A stretch of 64,000 nucleotides of DNA, from the NCBI GenBank assembly GCA_020184695.1, contig JAANOX010000082.1, forward strand, positions 62,001 through 126,000. Direction: 5' to 3'. The translations under genes and the position numbers were made by a program. The notes under the pieces are model-generated. The model searched no databases. It saw only the letters and a program-made list of their open reading frames with translations, and was not told where the DNA came from. This DNA comes from Histomonas meleagridis 2922-C6/04-290x (lineage: Eukaryota > Protista > Parabasalia). Positions 1 through 12,600 of the stretch are shown here, in pieces (position 1 is the first letter of the stretch; every line of letters starts with the position of its first letter).

Positions 1-369
1 ATTTTTTGGCATGTCATATATTTCTAACGGATTTATGGATAAAGATTTAACTGCTGAAACATAAGATTCTAAAAATTCTGTTTCTTTAAGTGAATCATCA
101 GAATTTAAATTTCCACTTGATGGAACAATAAAAATTTCTTTAGATTCAAATGATACACCCATTGCTTCCATGATTTGAGTTGTTATTTTTCCAAGTTTTC
201 GCTTTTGCATCCAAGTTAGTGTAATTTCTTCAGCTTGCCCAATATTAAATCTACCCCATGATAAGTTATCATAAGATCTTTGTGGATTGCGAAGCAAAGG
301 AAGTGGACTTAAAATGAATCCAAATTTTTCATCATCAAGAAAAAGTTCATATTGGAAGCTTTTCTTCAT
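1..369 (-). CDS. Hypothetical protein, 5' part (runs off the window edge)
   Basis: Hand translation from ATG at 369 gives MKKSFQYELFLDDEKFGFILSPLPLLRNPQRSYDNLSWGRF..., open for 123 codons to base 1. Not in the ORF track; no family recognised. Confidence 0.6.
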   Translation of the reverse strand, partial: MKKSFQYELFLDDEKFGFILSPLPLLRNPQRSYDNLSWGRFNIGQAEEITLTWMQKRKLGKITTQIMEAMGVSFESKEIFIVPSSGNLNSDDSLKETEFLESYVSAVKSLSINPLEIYDMPKN

Positions 370-755
370 ATGGTTGACCAATGTCAAAAGCATTCAATAT
401 TATTGGCATAAAAAAATTATCACAATTCTCACATAAATCAAACAATTTTTGAGAGAAAATATGTGAAAAACAAACATGAAGAAATATCAAGCAATATCAA
501 CGTGTCAATGCCTTTATGGTTGTATTTTACATATTTTTAATCTTGCAATATGTTTTCTTGATTTAAATCTGATCAAAAAATTAAACTCTTTTTTGATTTG
601 TTTAATTCTTTAAGCCACAAAACCATTTAAACGTTTGGTTTCATTTGAAGTTTTCTGCGTTCAATTTTTGTGATGTTTACGTTTGATGTGAACTGACGTT
701 TCGTAGCGGCACATTCACACAGCAAAAAAACAGATGTTTGATGAACTTTATTCAA

Positions 756-3700
756 CTAAATCTTTGGCTCAGAGAGAACTCTGATGCGGTCAGAAGTAAG
801 TGGGAAGTTAACTGGAATCCATTCATTTAATCCACGATCACGTCTTGCAGCTCTTATTGCCTCATAGATAGCAAATCCTACGGACTGCGCCAGGATGAGA
901 GGAGGCTCTCCTATAGCCTTTGACGAGTACACTCCAGTCGGGTTCCTTGATCCAGGTAATAAGTGAGCGTTAAACTCACCTGGCAAGTCATTGAATCCAG
1001 GTATCTTATAGTATCCAGGGCCATTTGTATGTAACACGCCAGGCTTCAACCATTTGTTATCTTTTCCATCACCACGAGTAATCTCTTCCATAGTCAACAA
1101 TCCATAACCCTGAATGAAAGCACCTTCTATTTGACCTATATCAATCGCCTTATTAATACTTTCACCTACATCAAATACCAAATCAGATCTTAATACCACA
1201 TGATCACCAGTCAAAGTATCAATTTCCACAACAGAAGCAGCAGCTCCATAAACGAAGTAAGCAAATGGGTTACCAGTACCCTTATCCCAATCGAAGTAAA
1301 CTCCAGGAGTTGAATAGAATCCATGAGCGCAAATGTCAACTCTATCCAAGTAAGCAGCTTGGCATGCTTGAGCGAATGTTCTATCCGGGGTTCTATACTT
1401 ATTTAATTTCGAGTTAATAATTTGACACGCGTTGTAAACCGCCCAACCGTTTATATCGGTTCCTGTTGATGCGGCGGTTGGTGATGTGTTTGCCACTTTT
1501 GCAGTTGATGTCTCATCAATCCTCACGTACTGTATTGGGATGTTTAACGCCTTCGCAGCAACGGCGGCAACTTTAGTGTGTAAGCCTTGACCCATTTCAA
1601 CGCCGGCATGAGAGATCAGAACGGTACCATCTTTATAAACTTGTACTAACGCACCTCCTTGATTCAAAGTACCGAAAGTGAATGAAATACCATACTTAAG
1701 CGGGTTAATTGATATTCCTCTCTTCTTATACTTATTGTTTCGATTGAATTCTTCGACTTCTTTCTTTAACTTCCAGTAATCAGTTGCCTTGATAATATAA
1801 TCCCAAGCTTTCCTATTATTACATCCGATTAACTTAGTGCCATATGGACATTGATCACCTTCTTTATACAAGTTCAATTGTCGGATTTCTTCTGGTTGCT
1901 TATGTAAGTAATCTGCAATATGTTGAATGATGGCTTCCATAGCAAACACGCCTTGAGGTGCACCGAATCCTCTAAATGCGGTATTCGACATTTGATTTAA
2001 CTTACACATAATTGACTCTGCTTTGTAGACTGGTATATTATAAGATGAATCTAAATGTAATATAGCTCGATCACATACAGCAGGTGAGATATCAAATGAC
2101 CAACCACAATCACTATAAACTTTAGCATCTAAAGCTAATAATTTTCCATTGTCATCGAATCCGATCTTATACTTAGTCTTCATAGGATGTCGTCCTCCTG
2201 CTATTAACATATCGATTTCTCTATCTAATTGCATTCGAACTGGTCGATTAACTTTTCGTGCTGCTACTGCACAAGCATTTGTATATACTGTCGAACGAGT
2301 TTCTTTACCACCAAATGCACCTCCTAATCGATTAGTTTTAACATCGATGTTATGTAATGGTAAGTTACACACTCTATGAATTTCTTCTTGTGTGAAACTT
2401 ACGTTTTGAGTTGAAGCAGTAACTATTAATTTATCATCTTCAGAAGGTTCTACTATACAATTATTAAGTTCTAATTGGAAATGTAATTGACCTCCAACAT
2501 TAGTTTCACCTTCTAATACATGAGGACAATTCTTAAATACTTCATCTGGGTTACCATTTTGACAAATATGATGCATAGGTAAGAATGACTTCTCTTCAAT
2601 AGCTTGTTCTAAGTTAAGTATTGCTGGTAATTCTTTATATTCTATCTCTGCTAATTTCGCTGCTCTCCAAGCAGTTTCATTATCTTTAGCTAATACTAAA
2701 GCTATTGGATGACCTACAAATTGTACTTCATCTTCTGGGAATACTGGTTCATCTTTAATTACATCTCCTACTAAATTAATACCTTCGATATCTTTATATG
2801 TAACTACATCTACTACACCTGGTACTTGTAAACATTTGGAATAATCTGCTTTGATTATCTTCGCATGTGCTTTTGTAGATAATACAAAGCCGCCATATAA
2901 TCCTTTATAAGGTGTAGGCATATCAAGTGTAAACAATGCTTCGCCTGTAGTTTGTTGACGTGCAGCTCTATGATGTACTGGATTACCTATAGTATCTTTT
3001 CTAGTAACTTCAAAGTCACCATGTTTAATATGTGCAATTGGTCCAAACTTACTTATCGGATGTGGAATAATATCAGAAGCTGATGGATCATAAGGTCGAT
3101 TTCTTTCTTTTTCAACTTGATGATAAAATCTAAATAAGAATGACTTAGATAATTCCCTTCTAAATGGTATATGTCCACCTGGTGCTTGTTCTGCTAATGG
3201 TAAATCCTTTTCAATTAATGGATAAGCATCTTGAATTGTCTTTAATGTGAACTCTTTACCTATCATATACTTCTCAACACTTTTAGCATTTTGTGGATAT
3301 GCTGCCATACCTGAATAAGCAATTTTGAAGTCTTCAATGATATTTGTAACTTCATTAATACGACATTTAATACATGCTGATACTATACAAATGTCATCTT
3401 CTCTTCGATGTGCTTGTTTATAGACAAAGATATGTTCGTTTGGTTTCATTAATGGAATTTCTACTTCTGTAATTACATCTGTTGGTTTAAGTTTCGTAGT
3501 TCTATAAGATGTAAAGAAGTTATCCATTGACATCTTAAACTTTTCACCTGTTTCTGCATTAATGACTGTTAATATACTATCAGATGCTAATAAGAAATTG
3601 GACATATCTGTAACTGCACCTGCTGCTGCTATGTTACCGACTACACATGCCGTGTTACGGATTTGTGTTGATGAAAAGACTGAAAGTCGTTGTCGAAGTT

Positions 3701-4646
3701 CACGTAATAATCTTCGTTCATGTTCTTTAAGTTTTGGCATTTTAGAATCACAGAAATCTAAGATATCTTGTAATGATGTAGATGCACCAAATATTAATTT
3801 GTTATCTTTGATATCAATATGATATAATTCTTGAACTTTATGCGTCGAGATATAAGCTGGTAATGTTGCGCCTTTATATTTTAAGTCAATTCCAACTTCT
3901 GATGAGCCAACAACTAATGTGGACTTTGGATGTTGTTTCTTGAGTTCGATAAGTTGTTCTAATGTAGTTGGAACATAAAAGTGAACTCCCTTGTACGATA
4001 CGTCAGCGGGATCAACATCAACTGGTGGAGGTGATGGCTCTCGATGTGGCATAGTTTTATATGGTGTGCTATCTTTGATTTCATTGTCACTGACTTTACC
4101 ATCGGATGAAAATTCACGTAACGCATCATGGATTGAACGATATCCAGTACATCGACATAAATTACCATCAAATTGGGATTCGATTTGATGTAGTGTGGGC
4201 TTTGGATGCGCTAAGAGTAATGCATATGAGTTCATTATGAAACCTGGTGTGCAATATCCACATTGTGTTGCATGATGTGCAACATATGACTGTTGAATTG
4301 GATGTAAACCTTTGCGTGTGGAGCCTAAAGCTTCAACCGTGGTGATGGATTGACCATGGCATTGGCCAACTGGCATTAAACATGAATTAATTGGACGATG
4401 TTTTATCTTTTTGGTAATGGGATCATACTGTGAAACTACGACGGTGCAGGCGCCACAGCCGCCTTCGCCACATACATATTTCGTTCCGCGAAGATCAACG
4501 CCATCAGATCGGAGATAATGTGTAAGGGATTGGGTGGGATTGAATTGGCCCTCTTCAAGCACAACTTTCTCGCCATTAAGAATAAACTCAATTGAGTGCT
4601 TGAATGATTTGGAGGATCGAGATATGCCCTGGATGGAACGGAGCAT
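756..4646 (-). CDS. XDH: Xanthine dehydrogenase (2Fe-2S/FAD/molybdopterin), 1296 aa, with a possible hydrogenosomal presequence
   Basis: Fe-S motifs GTKYVCGEGGCGAC, QCGYCTPG and GNLCRCTGY; FAD-domain KQAHRREDDI; Moco-domain GGAFGGKE, AFRGFG, GISFT and SKAIGEPP. Equivalents of bovine XOR E802, R880, F914, F1009/T1010 and E1261 appear retained. Confidence 0.95.
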   Translation of the reverse strand: MLRSIQGISRSSKSFKHSIEFILNGEKVVLEEGQFNPTQSLTHYLRSDGVDLRGTKYVCGEGGCGACTVVVSQYDPITKKIKHRPINSCLMPVGQCHGQSITTVEALGSTRKGLHPIQQSYVAHHATQCGYCTPGFIMNSYALLLAHPKPTLHQIESQFDGNLCRCTGYRSIHDALREFSSDGKVSDNEIKDSTPYKTMPHREPSPPPVDVDPADVSYKGVHFYVPTTLEQLIELKKQHPKSTLVVGSSEVGIDLKYKGATLPAYISTHKVQELYHIDIKDNKLIFGASTSLQDILDFCDSKMPKLKEHERRLLRELRQRLSVFSSTQIRNTACVVGNIAAAGAVTDMSNFLLASDSILTVINAETGEKFKMSMDNFFTSYRTTKLKPTDVITEVEIPLMKPNEHIFVYKQAHRREDDICIVSACIKCRINEVTNIIEDFKIAYSGMAAYPQNAKSVEKYMIGKEFTLKTIQDAYPLIEKDLPLAEQAPGGHIPFRRELSKSFLFRFYHQVEKERNRPYDPSASDIIPHPISKFGPIAHIKHGDFEVTRKDTIGNPVHHRAARQQTTGEALFTLDMPTPYKGLYGGFVLSTKAHAKIIKADYSKCLQVPGVVDVVTYKDIEGINLVGDVIKDEPVFPEDEVQFVGHPIALVLAKDNETAWRAAKLAEIEYKELPAILNLEQAIEEKSFLPMHHICQNGNPDEVFKNCPHVLEGETNVGGQLHFQLELNNCIVEPSEDDKLIVTASTQNVSFTQEEIHRVCNLPLHNIDVKTNRLGGAFGGKETRSTVYTNACAVAARKVNRPVRMQLDREIDMLIAGGRHPMKTKYKIGFDDNGKLLALDAKVYSDCGWSFDISPAVCDRAILHLDSSYNIPVYKAESIMCKLNQMSNTAFRGFGAPQGVFAMEAIIQHIADYLHKQPEEIRQLNLYKEGDQCPYGTKLIGCNNRKAWDYIIKATDYWKLKKEVEEFNRNNKYKKRGISINPLKYGISFTFGTLNQGGALVQVYKDGTVLISHAGVEMGQGLHTKVAAVAAKALNIPIQYVRIDETSTAKVANTSPTAASTGTDINGWAVYNACQIINSKLNKYRTPDRTFAQACQAAYLDRVDICAHGFYSTPGVYFDWDKGTGNPFAYFVYGAAASVVEIDTLTGDHVVLRSDLVFDVGESINKAIDIGQIEGAFIQGYGLLTMEEITRGDGKDNKWLKPGVLHTNGPGYYKIPGFNDLPGEFNAHLLPGSRNPTGVYSSKAIGEPPLILAQSVGFAIYEAIRAARRDRGLNEWIPVNFPLTSDRIRVLSEPKI

Positions 4647-5645
4647 GTTTTGAAATCACTGACGATAGACATCGTTTTATTGGAATTAGAGTTTTCAAGG
4701 AAAGATAGAATTGATATACTAAAAATACATAACTTTTAAATAAACATATGAGATATAAAACAGATTGTTTTTGAGAATATGATGAAAAAATTATTTGATA
4801 AGAAGATATTCATATTTTATATAACAACCACGGAGCATTCAATCGATATCGTTCAATATTAAATTTTGAATCAAACCATGGTTGTAAAAAAGTCAACGAA
4901 ACAAAAAATAATTGTGTGAAATTCATTCAACAGTCTGGTTTTTGATAGATTTACCATAATTTGTAAAGCTAAATTTTCTATCGTAGTGTTAGTTCATAAA
5001 CCATACAAAAGTTCTGAGTCTCAAGTCAGAAATTGAACGTTTTTTTATCTATTTTCGATTCTTTCTAAATTACATTTATGTTTGAATTGCTTCTTGGATA
5101 TTATAAAACGATAAAAAAATCCTTCCTGAATTGATACTAAAAAGTATTTAATTCATCAATTATAAGCTTTTCTTGTGCTGCCGTCTTTTTTCTTGCATGT
5201 GCTGCGGTTATTAATCACGTAGATGAGAAAATCTTTAAAAAAATTCCATTTTCTGATGAAACATTAATTTTTATGTCATATATTGATATTGCACAAAATA
5301 TTGCTACTAATATGAATGATTTAGGTGAACTAAGTGACTCATTCTCAGATATCTTGCTTTTTTTTATTAAATAATGAACAAATATGGTCAATAACTGATA
5401 TTAATTGTGCCAAACCAAATACAAATTTAGATTCCAATTTGGAGCCACATAGCATTAATCACAGTATTGAAGATTCACTTGAAAAAGTTTATATCTTTAT
5501 TCGACATATTCATATACAAGATAATATTACACCTATTCCTGTTCGGCTAAACTTGTTGATGTAATTAAAGACATTGTATAAAATTAGAAACAAAAAGAAG
5601 GGTATCCACAAAATTACAAATTTCCACAACAAATTTTAAGAATAC

Positions 5646-6990
5646 CATGAACAAAAACTTCGTAAAGTTCATGTTGATTATAAAAATAATATGGGAATTA
5701 AAGATGAAATTCGAATTTTAATTGTAGGACGAACAGGAAAAACAACATTTCTTAATAGCATAGTAATTATTAATATGGTTTTAAATGGGAAGATGATTTT
5801 GGATTCAAAATAGTTACAAGTGATGATGGAGGTGGAGAAAACAATGGTAATCATGCTATTAGTCAAACAAATTATATAACAGCTTATACATTTCCATATC
5901 ATCCAGATTTTCCTGTTCCGTATACAGTTACAGTCATTGATTCTCTGGGATTTGGTGATACAAAAGGAATTCAAAAAGAACTTGTTGAACATTTGGAACA
6001 TTTTTTCAAAAATACGAATGAATGTGGTGTATATTCAATTAATGCAGTTGCATTTGTTGTTCAATCGTCTTCGCCACGTCTTGATCCTGGTCAATATATT
6101 TTTGATTCCATTATGAAATTGTTTGGGAAAGACATTGCAAATAATATTATCATCATAGCAACGTTTGCTGATGCAGGAATGAACCACAAGTTTTACATGC
6201 GATTAAAGAAGCAAAAATCCCAGTTAATCATGTAAGCAAATTTAATAATTCAGCACTTTTTGGAAATACATCAAGTTCAGATAATATTGACAAATTGTTT
6301 TGGGAAATTGGAGAAAGTGGTTATAAAAATATATTTGAAAGTATAATTAAAATGGAACCAAAACGTTTAACATTAACTCAACAAGTCCTATCTGAAAGAA
6401 AGAAACTTTATGCTTCAATTGATGGACTTTCACAACAAATTCGAATAGGAATTGAAAATATGAACGAAATAGAACAAGCTGTCACAATGTGAAAGGGAAA
6501 TCAAATAAAAACTTTGAAGTCAAGGTTAAAGTATTAAAGTCGAAAAAGATCAATCTTGAACCTGGTGAAGCACACATGTCATTATCCTCACTATATCCCA
6601 TTAGATAAAGATAAAATGTCTTGTGAGGCCATGAGAGATACATTATAATATGCCATATCGATGGATACATATGAAGTTGAAGAGAAAAGAACCTTAAATG
6701 AGCTGAAAGAAAAATATGGCGATGCAACAAATAAAAAACAAAAACAGACACAAATGTTACACAATGCTGTAATAGAATATCAAAAAATTTGGCAATTAAC
6801 AACTAGTCAAGTGATCCAATGTAAGAGATGTGTTGACCAACTTGAAATTATTGCTTTAAAGTCTATTACATTATCTGAAATTGATTATATCAAACTTCAA
6901 ATGAAGGGAGAAAAACAAAATGCTTTTTCTGGATGGGAAATGAGAGTTACATGGCTGAATGAACTACTTGAGCAAGAAAGTAATAAGTAA
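5646..6990 (+). pseudogene. Frameshifted AIG1/septin-like P-loop GTPase with coiled-coil C-terminus
   Basis: Joining frames gives RILIVGRTGKTTFLNSIV / YGFKWEDDFGFKIV / SQTNYITAYTF / TVIDSLGFGDTKG / INAVAFVVQSSSPRL / FGKDIANNIIIIATFADAG / SKFNNSALF. Several frameshifts and stops; the G1 motif is shortened. Confidence 0.7.
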
Positions 6991-7325
6991 ATAATTTTTA
7001 AATTTATAAAGATGTAAATACAATCACAAAATTTAAATTTTCTTGTTTGACATTGAACATGAACATGCATATGGAATAAACATAAATAATGTTTGAGACA
7101 TAAATTATTTATGGAAGACATATTTGATAAATTTAAAATTTTCTTACATCGAGATGTAAAACCAATTTGAATTTTGAAATTTAGTAATATAAAATTGGAT
7201 ATAAAATTTTAATTATACTCTTTTGTATGTCGAACAAAGATAAACTTTTCAAGTGAATTTTCACAATTATTATCCAAATTCTTACGAAATACTTTTTAAA
7301 TAATTTGAAGTCACAAACACAGTTT

Positions 7326-8609
7326 TTATTCATATAAATTCTTTCTTTTTTTCGCCTTAGTTCTTTTCTGCACCTTCATTCCGTTATCGTCTAAGAAGGG
7401 TTCCATTTCTCCACTTCGATCGTTTCTATTTGCGCAACATTTCTTTGTTCTGCAGCAAACTTTTTTCGTCAGCAAAACAATGATCGCCAAAGTCAAACTC
7501 ATTCCGAAGAACATCATTAAAGGCGAAGGATTTTGCAATAACTTTTCGAGTGTAATACTTCTTTTCACATATTCAAACTGAAGTATTTCCTCATCCAAAG
7601 CATCATTCGTGTTATTATTATATGACAATTTAAAGTTAACAAGTCCGACATTTCCGCGCGGTGATATACATTCGATGTGTGTATCATTACGTGATACTGA
7701 CTTAGTTACACTCGCGCCAAAGATACAATATAATGGAACAAGCGGAGAAATCGATTCTTGAACACGAACATAAATATGAGTTCCGCCATTGCAACTGCCG
7801 CGAGTTGGCGATATCGATAACGCAATTGGATATTTCATTTGCTTTTTATCTTCGCTTTTGTTTTGTTGTTGTTTTATGTGTTCTTTTGGTTTATTACTTT
7901 TGATTGTTTCTGTTGGAGTAACTTTAATTTCTTCTGTTTGCTCATTTTCATTTTCGTTTTCGTTTTGATCGATGATTTCTTCTTTGGTATAAAATTCGTT
8001 TGCAATTTCTTCTGTTGGTTTGCTGTTTTTATGTTTTTTGATGTTAACTTCAGTTGTATTAGTGTCGCTTTGCGTTTTATTGTTTTTGTTGTTACGGAAT
8101 TCACTTTCTTTATGTTTATTCGTTTCGGTTTTGTTTTGGATGTTGTCATCGTTGTGGCCATATAACAATGTGTAATTGCCAGAACTAAGGCGCTTAAGAA
8201 TTCGCAAAGAGCGGCGATGTATTTTGCTGGCAAAATCATTTGAGTCGCCAATAATTTTGTGTCTGATATTTTTATTGGAACTTTTTTGTTTCATGTAATG
8301 TAACTTTGAATCTTCATCATTATCCATGTCGAAGAAATCATGATGTTTATTAATGGGATTATCATCAATAATTGGATTTCCATCATCATGTAAAATTTTG
8401 TACTGGACTTGATTTTGATATTTTGCCATGCCCTCATTTATATCATCATAGTTTTCAGCAAGTTGGTCATTTTGGTTGATTTGTTTATAAAAATTATCTT
8501 GAACTTTTCTCATATATTTTCCAGTATTCTTTTTCCTGCTTATGCTTAATTCGTCTTTAACAGATAATATTTGCATTATAAAAAGAAACAGGATGTTCCA
8601 ACTTAGCAT
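7326..8609 (-). CDS. Type I membrane protein with an IPT/TIG domain
   Basis: Signal-like N-terminus, low-complexity N/K/E region, IPT/TIG-like ISPTRGSCNGGTHIYV...YCIFG...IECISP, TM LMMFFGMSLTLAIIVLL, basic tail. Confidence 0.75.
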   Translation of the reverse strand: MLSWNILFLFIMQILSVKDELSISRKKNTGKYMRKVQDNFYKQINQNDQLAENYDDINEGMAKYQNQVQYKILHDDGNPIIDDNPINKHHDFFDMDNDEDSKLHYMKQKSSNKNIRHKIIGDSNDFASKIHRRSLRILKRLSSGNYTLLYGHNDDNIQNKTETNKHKESEFRNNKNNKTQSDTNTTEVNIKKHKNSKPTEEIANEFYTKEEIIDQNENENENEQTEEIKVTPTETIKSNKPKEHIKQQQNKSEDKKQMKYPIALSISPTRGSCNGGTHIYVRVQESISPLVPLYCIFGASVTKSVSRNDTHIECISPRGNVGLVNFKLSYNNNTNDALDEEILQFEYVKRSITLEKLLQNPSPLMMFFGMSLTLAIIVLLTKKVCCRTKKCCANRNDRSGEMEPFLDDNGMKVQKRTKAKKRKNLYE

Positions 8610-8808
8610 CTGAAATTTGACATATTATTTTTAAATGAAAATATTTGACATATTTTTTATAATAGAAAAAGTGCATTACAACGTTATGTTGTATACGTAT
8701 TCAAAAAGCCATAAATTCGATCAATTTTTGATTAGTTTACATCATTTTTAGTTTTATATTTTTTATTTCGAAAGTCGAAGTTTGTACATTTTACTTGGGA
8801 TTACTCAT

Positions 8809-9357
8809 TCAACATAAGTTTTTTTCTGTTCCTTTTGTTGCGTCTGGATTTTCTTTATTTGTAATGTCTTTATTTTTATACATTACATTTTCATGTTCAT
8901 CGTTTTGCCAAATGATTGGTAGTGGTTCTGATGATATATCATTGGATGTTGTTAAGTCATTGTCACTTTCCAGTAAATAGTGATATGAATCGGAATCAGT
9001 TGAATTTGATTCTGAGTTAACATAATCCATTGGTTCTGACATTTCTGTCCTCATATCTAAAACTCTAGCCATTTCTCTAGCCAGTGATTGTTGTTCTAAC
9101 GAAACTTTACGTTCTTCATAGTCAACTTGACTTACAATTTTACATTCAATAACATCACCTTTATGTACACCTTGACTTTCAAGTGTCATTGATTGAGTTA
9201 ACACTTCTCCGTTATGAAACAAATAAACTTTTTCATTATTGAAACAAGAAAATTTCAAAAGATTTGAAAGATCTTCAGCTGTAGCTGAACACTTCGTTAC
9301 TACAGGCAGAACTGCGCCAGGTAGCCACTGTATTTTTACTTTTAATTCGTCGCTCAT
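8809..9357 (-). CDS. Protein with an N-terminal ubiquitin-like domain
   Basis: LKVKIQW...ATAEDLSNLL...VYLFHNGEVLTQSMTLESQGVHKGDVIEC matches the ubiquitin-fold pattern; acidic low-complexity C-terminus. Confidence 0.65.
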   Translation of the reverse strand: MSDELKVKIQWLPGAVLPVVTKCSATAEDLSNLLKFSCFNNEKVYLFHNGEVLTQSMTLESQGVHKGDVIECKIVSQVDYEERKVSLEQQSLAREMARVLDMRTEMSEPMDYVNSESNSTDSDSYHYLLESDNDLTTSNDISSEPLPIIWQNDEHENVMYKNKDITNKENPDATKGTEKNLC

Positions 9358-9601
9358 TCCAGACGGACAGATCTCTGGTTAAAGATTCTGGATTGATCCT
9401 TCGAAAAAGTTTCCACTTTCTGGGAACTTGAGCTCAATTTTGAGATCGATAACGATTGAAATCAAAAATGGAAGTAACGGTTTCCACACAAAACGATCGG
9501 TTGGATTTGAATTATATTTTCTGGTGAGTAAAGCATTCAAAGTTCGATCAAATTTTTTTTACATAAAGTTATTTTTATTATTATTTAATTCTATAATTCA
9601 T

Positions 9602-12600
9602 TTATTGTGAAGTTTTGTAATATTTCAATGCCAAATCTTCATCCAATGGTACACCTTTACCAGTTTTATACATGTTCGATAATTGTAAAGCTGCTTTTTT
9701 ATGATTTTTATCCGCAGCCATCTTATAGAACATTGCGGCCTTAACTTCGTTCACCGGAATTTCATTACCATTTTCATACAAATATCCTGCGATGAATGCA
9801 GATTCGATGTGTCCTTTCGAAGCAGCTATTTCGAAGTATCGCAATGCCTCCGGAATATTCTTTTGGAGAGAAGAATTCCCATCCAATAACATACATCCTA
9901 AGCAATAAACAGCATCGATGTAACCATCTTTTGCTGCGTTATATAAATATTTTATCGCTTCGTTATCATTCTTCTCGACACCTTTTCCTATTTGGAGCCA
10001 TCTTCCATATATGTATGCTGCTTTAGAATAACCAGCGTCTGCTGAAATTTTATAATATTTCGCAGCTAACTCGAAGTTTTGTGGTATATTTCGTCCGTAT
10101 TCATACATCTCTGCTAATATAAACGCTGCATTCATTTCGTGGTAATCAGCAGCGATCTTTAAGTATTGATTCGCTAAGTTTAAAACCTTTTCGCAACCTT
10201 TGCCTTGTTCTAACATTTGCTTTAGCTTAAATGCTGCTTTAGGATGACCTTTATCAGCAGCAATTTTATAATATTCAAATGCATCTTTAATAGCTTTGTT
10301 ATCATCTAATAAAGATAATGAGTTCGAACTTTTACCTGTTTCTAACATTAATCCGATTCGATATGCAGCATCAATATTACCTTTGCTTAATGAAGCTTTA
10401 TAAAGTTTTAATGCTTCCGAATTATCACGAAATACTCCTTTACCAGTTTCACATTGATAACCTAACATACATAAACATTGCGCATTACCTAATCGTGAAC
10501 CAATTTGGAAATATTGCGCTGCTTCAGTATCATTATGAGGATAACCTCTTCCTTCGAACACTAACATACCTAATCGATAAGCAGCTTCACTAATTGAACC
10601 TTCGATAGCTTTACGGTAATATTTTCCTGCTGTTGTTGGGTTTGAGTTTTCTAATATTAAACCTATTTCATACATAGCATTATAATTACCTTTTTCGGAA
10701 GCTTTTTCGAAATATTTTAATGCTTCATCTAAATTTCCTTTGTTTTTTAATATTAATCCATATTTATAAGTGGAATTAATATTACCTAAATCGGCCGCAA
10801 TTTTATAATATTTTTCGGATTCTTCTTTTTCATTTTTATTATCTAATAATTCCGCTAATAAATTTGCTGATTCATTATTATTATCTGCGGATATTTTTAA
10901 GTATTTTATGGCTTCATCATCATTCTTTTCAATGCCTTTACCTAAATATAACATTATGCCATAACGTGTTGCTGCTTTTTCATTATTTTTATCTGCTGCT
11001 TCTTTATAATATTGTAAAGCTAATGTTAAATTTTGTGCTATTCCAATACCATTTTCTAATAAATTACCTAAATGATAAGTAGCATCAGTAATACCACTTT
11101 CATATGCGCGTAAATATAAATCAAATAATTTCGTGCTATTTAATTCAATGTTACCACGACCTTCTTCCATCATTAAAGCTAAGTAATAACTTGATTCACC
11201 GATATAAGCGTCAGATGCAACTTTTAGATATTTAATAGCTGCTAAATCATCATGTTTATTATAATAATGAATTCCAATGATATTACATGAATAAGGATCT
11301 CCATTATCCGCGGATATATTTAATATCTTTTGTTTTAATTCTTCATTATTTGGTTCATATTGTTTATTCGACATAAGTTTAGCTAAGAATAAACATGATT
11401 CTTTAATTGATGAATTAGCAGCAAATTCTAAATATTTAATTCCTAATTCTTTATCTGTTTGATAGATATAATTTCCATATTCATAAGAACTTTGTGGATG
11501 TCCTTTATCAGCTGCTTCTTTATAATATTTTTTAGATTCATCAATATTACCAATTGATTCATTAGCTTTAGCTAATTCATAAATAGCATTAGAGTTTGTT
11601 AATGGTATTGATTTCAATAACTCAATTGCTTTATGAGAATCTTTTTTAACTACATTAGAACCTTCTTGATAAATAGTACCTAATAAATATTTCGCTTCTT
11701 TAAATCCGGAGTTTGCTGATTTCTCTAAATATTTAATACCATTAATTTCATCTTTTGGTATACCAGTTCCATAAAATAAAATTTTTCCTGCTTCATAACA
11801 AGCTTCTGGAATATCTTTATCAGCTAAAGATTTATATATATTAAAAGCTTCTTTCATATTATTATCATTTTCATATATCTTACCAAGGATTAAAGAAGCA
11901 TTTTCATTACCATTTCTTTCACTTAACTTTAAGTAATATAAAGCATCATTTTTATCTTTTGGTAATTTATCGCCTTCATATAATAATTTCCCATAAAATA
12001 ATTGTGATTTAGAATCACCTTTATCAGCACTTAATTTAAAGTATTTAATTGCTTCATTATAATTTAATTGTTCATAATATATTTTACCCATTGCATAACC
12101 TGAATGAATATAACCTTGAATTAATGAATTATTAAAATATTTCAATGATATATCAATACTTTTCTCAACACCTTTGCCTTTCAAATACATTTTACCTAAC
12201 GCATAACTACATTTAGCATTTCCTTTAGTTGCTCCTTCCCAATAATATTTTATTGCTAAACTTTCATTATTTTCTATTTCATATATCTTCCCAATCATAT
12301 AATTTGCTTCTATAATTCCGTTTGTAGAAGCAAAAATAAATTGAGTTAAAGCTTTCTTAATATCTTTTGGTAATAATTTACCTTCATAAATAATTCGACC
12401 AATTTCATATATAGCTTGTGGTTGATTTTTCTCGGCTGCTAATTGATAAAGTTTTAAAGCTTTTTCTTCATTTTTTTCAATGAATTTTCCTTCTTCATAA
12501 ATTTTACCTAAATGTACTAAAGCATTTATATTACCATATTTAATTGATTCATTAAATAATGTAATTGCTTCATTAATATCTTGTTTAATACCTTTACCAT

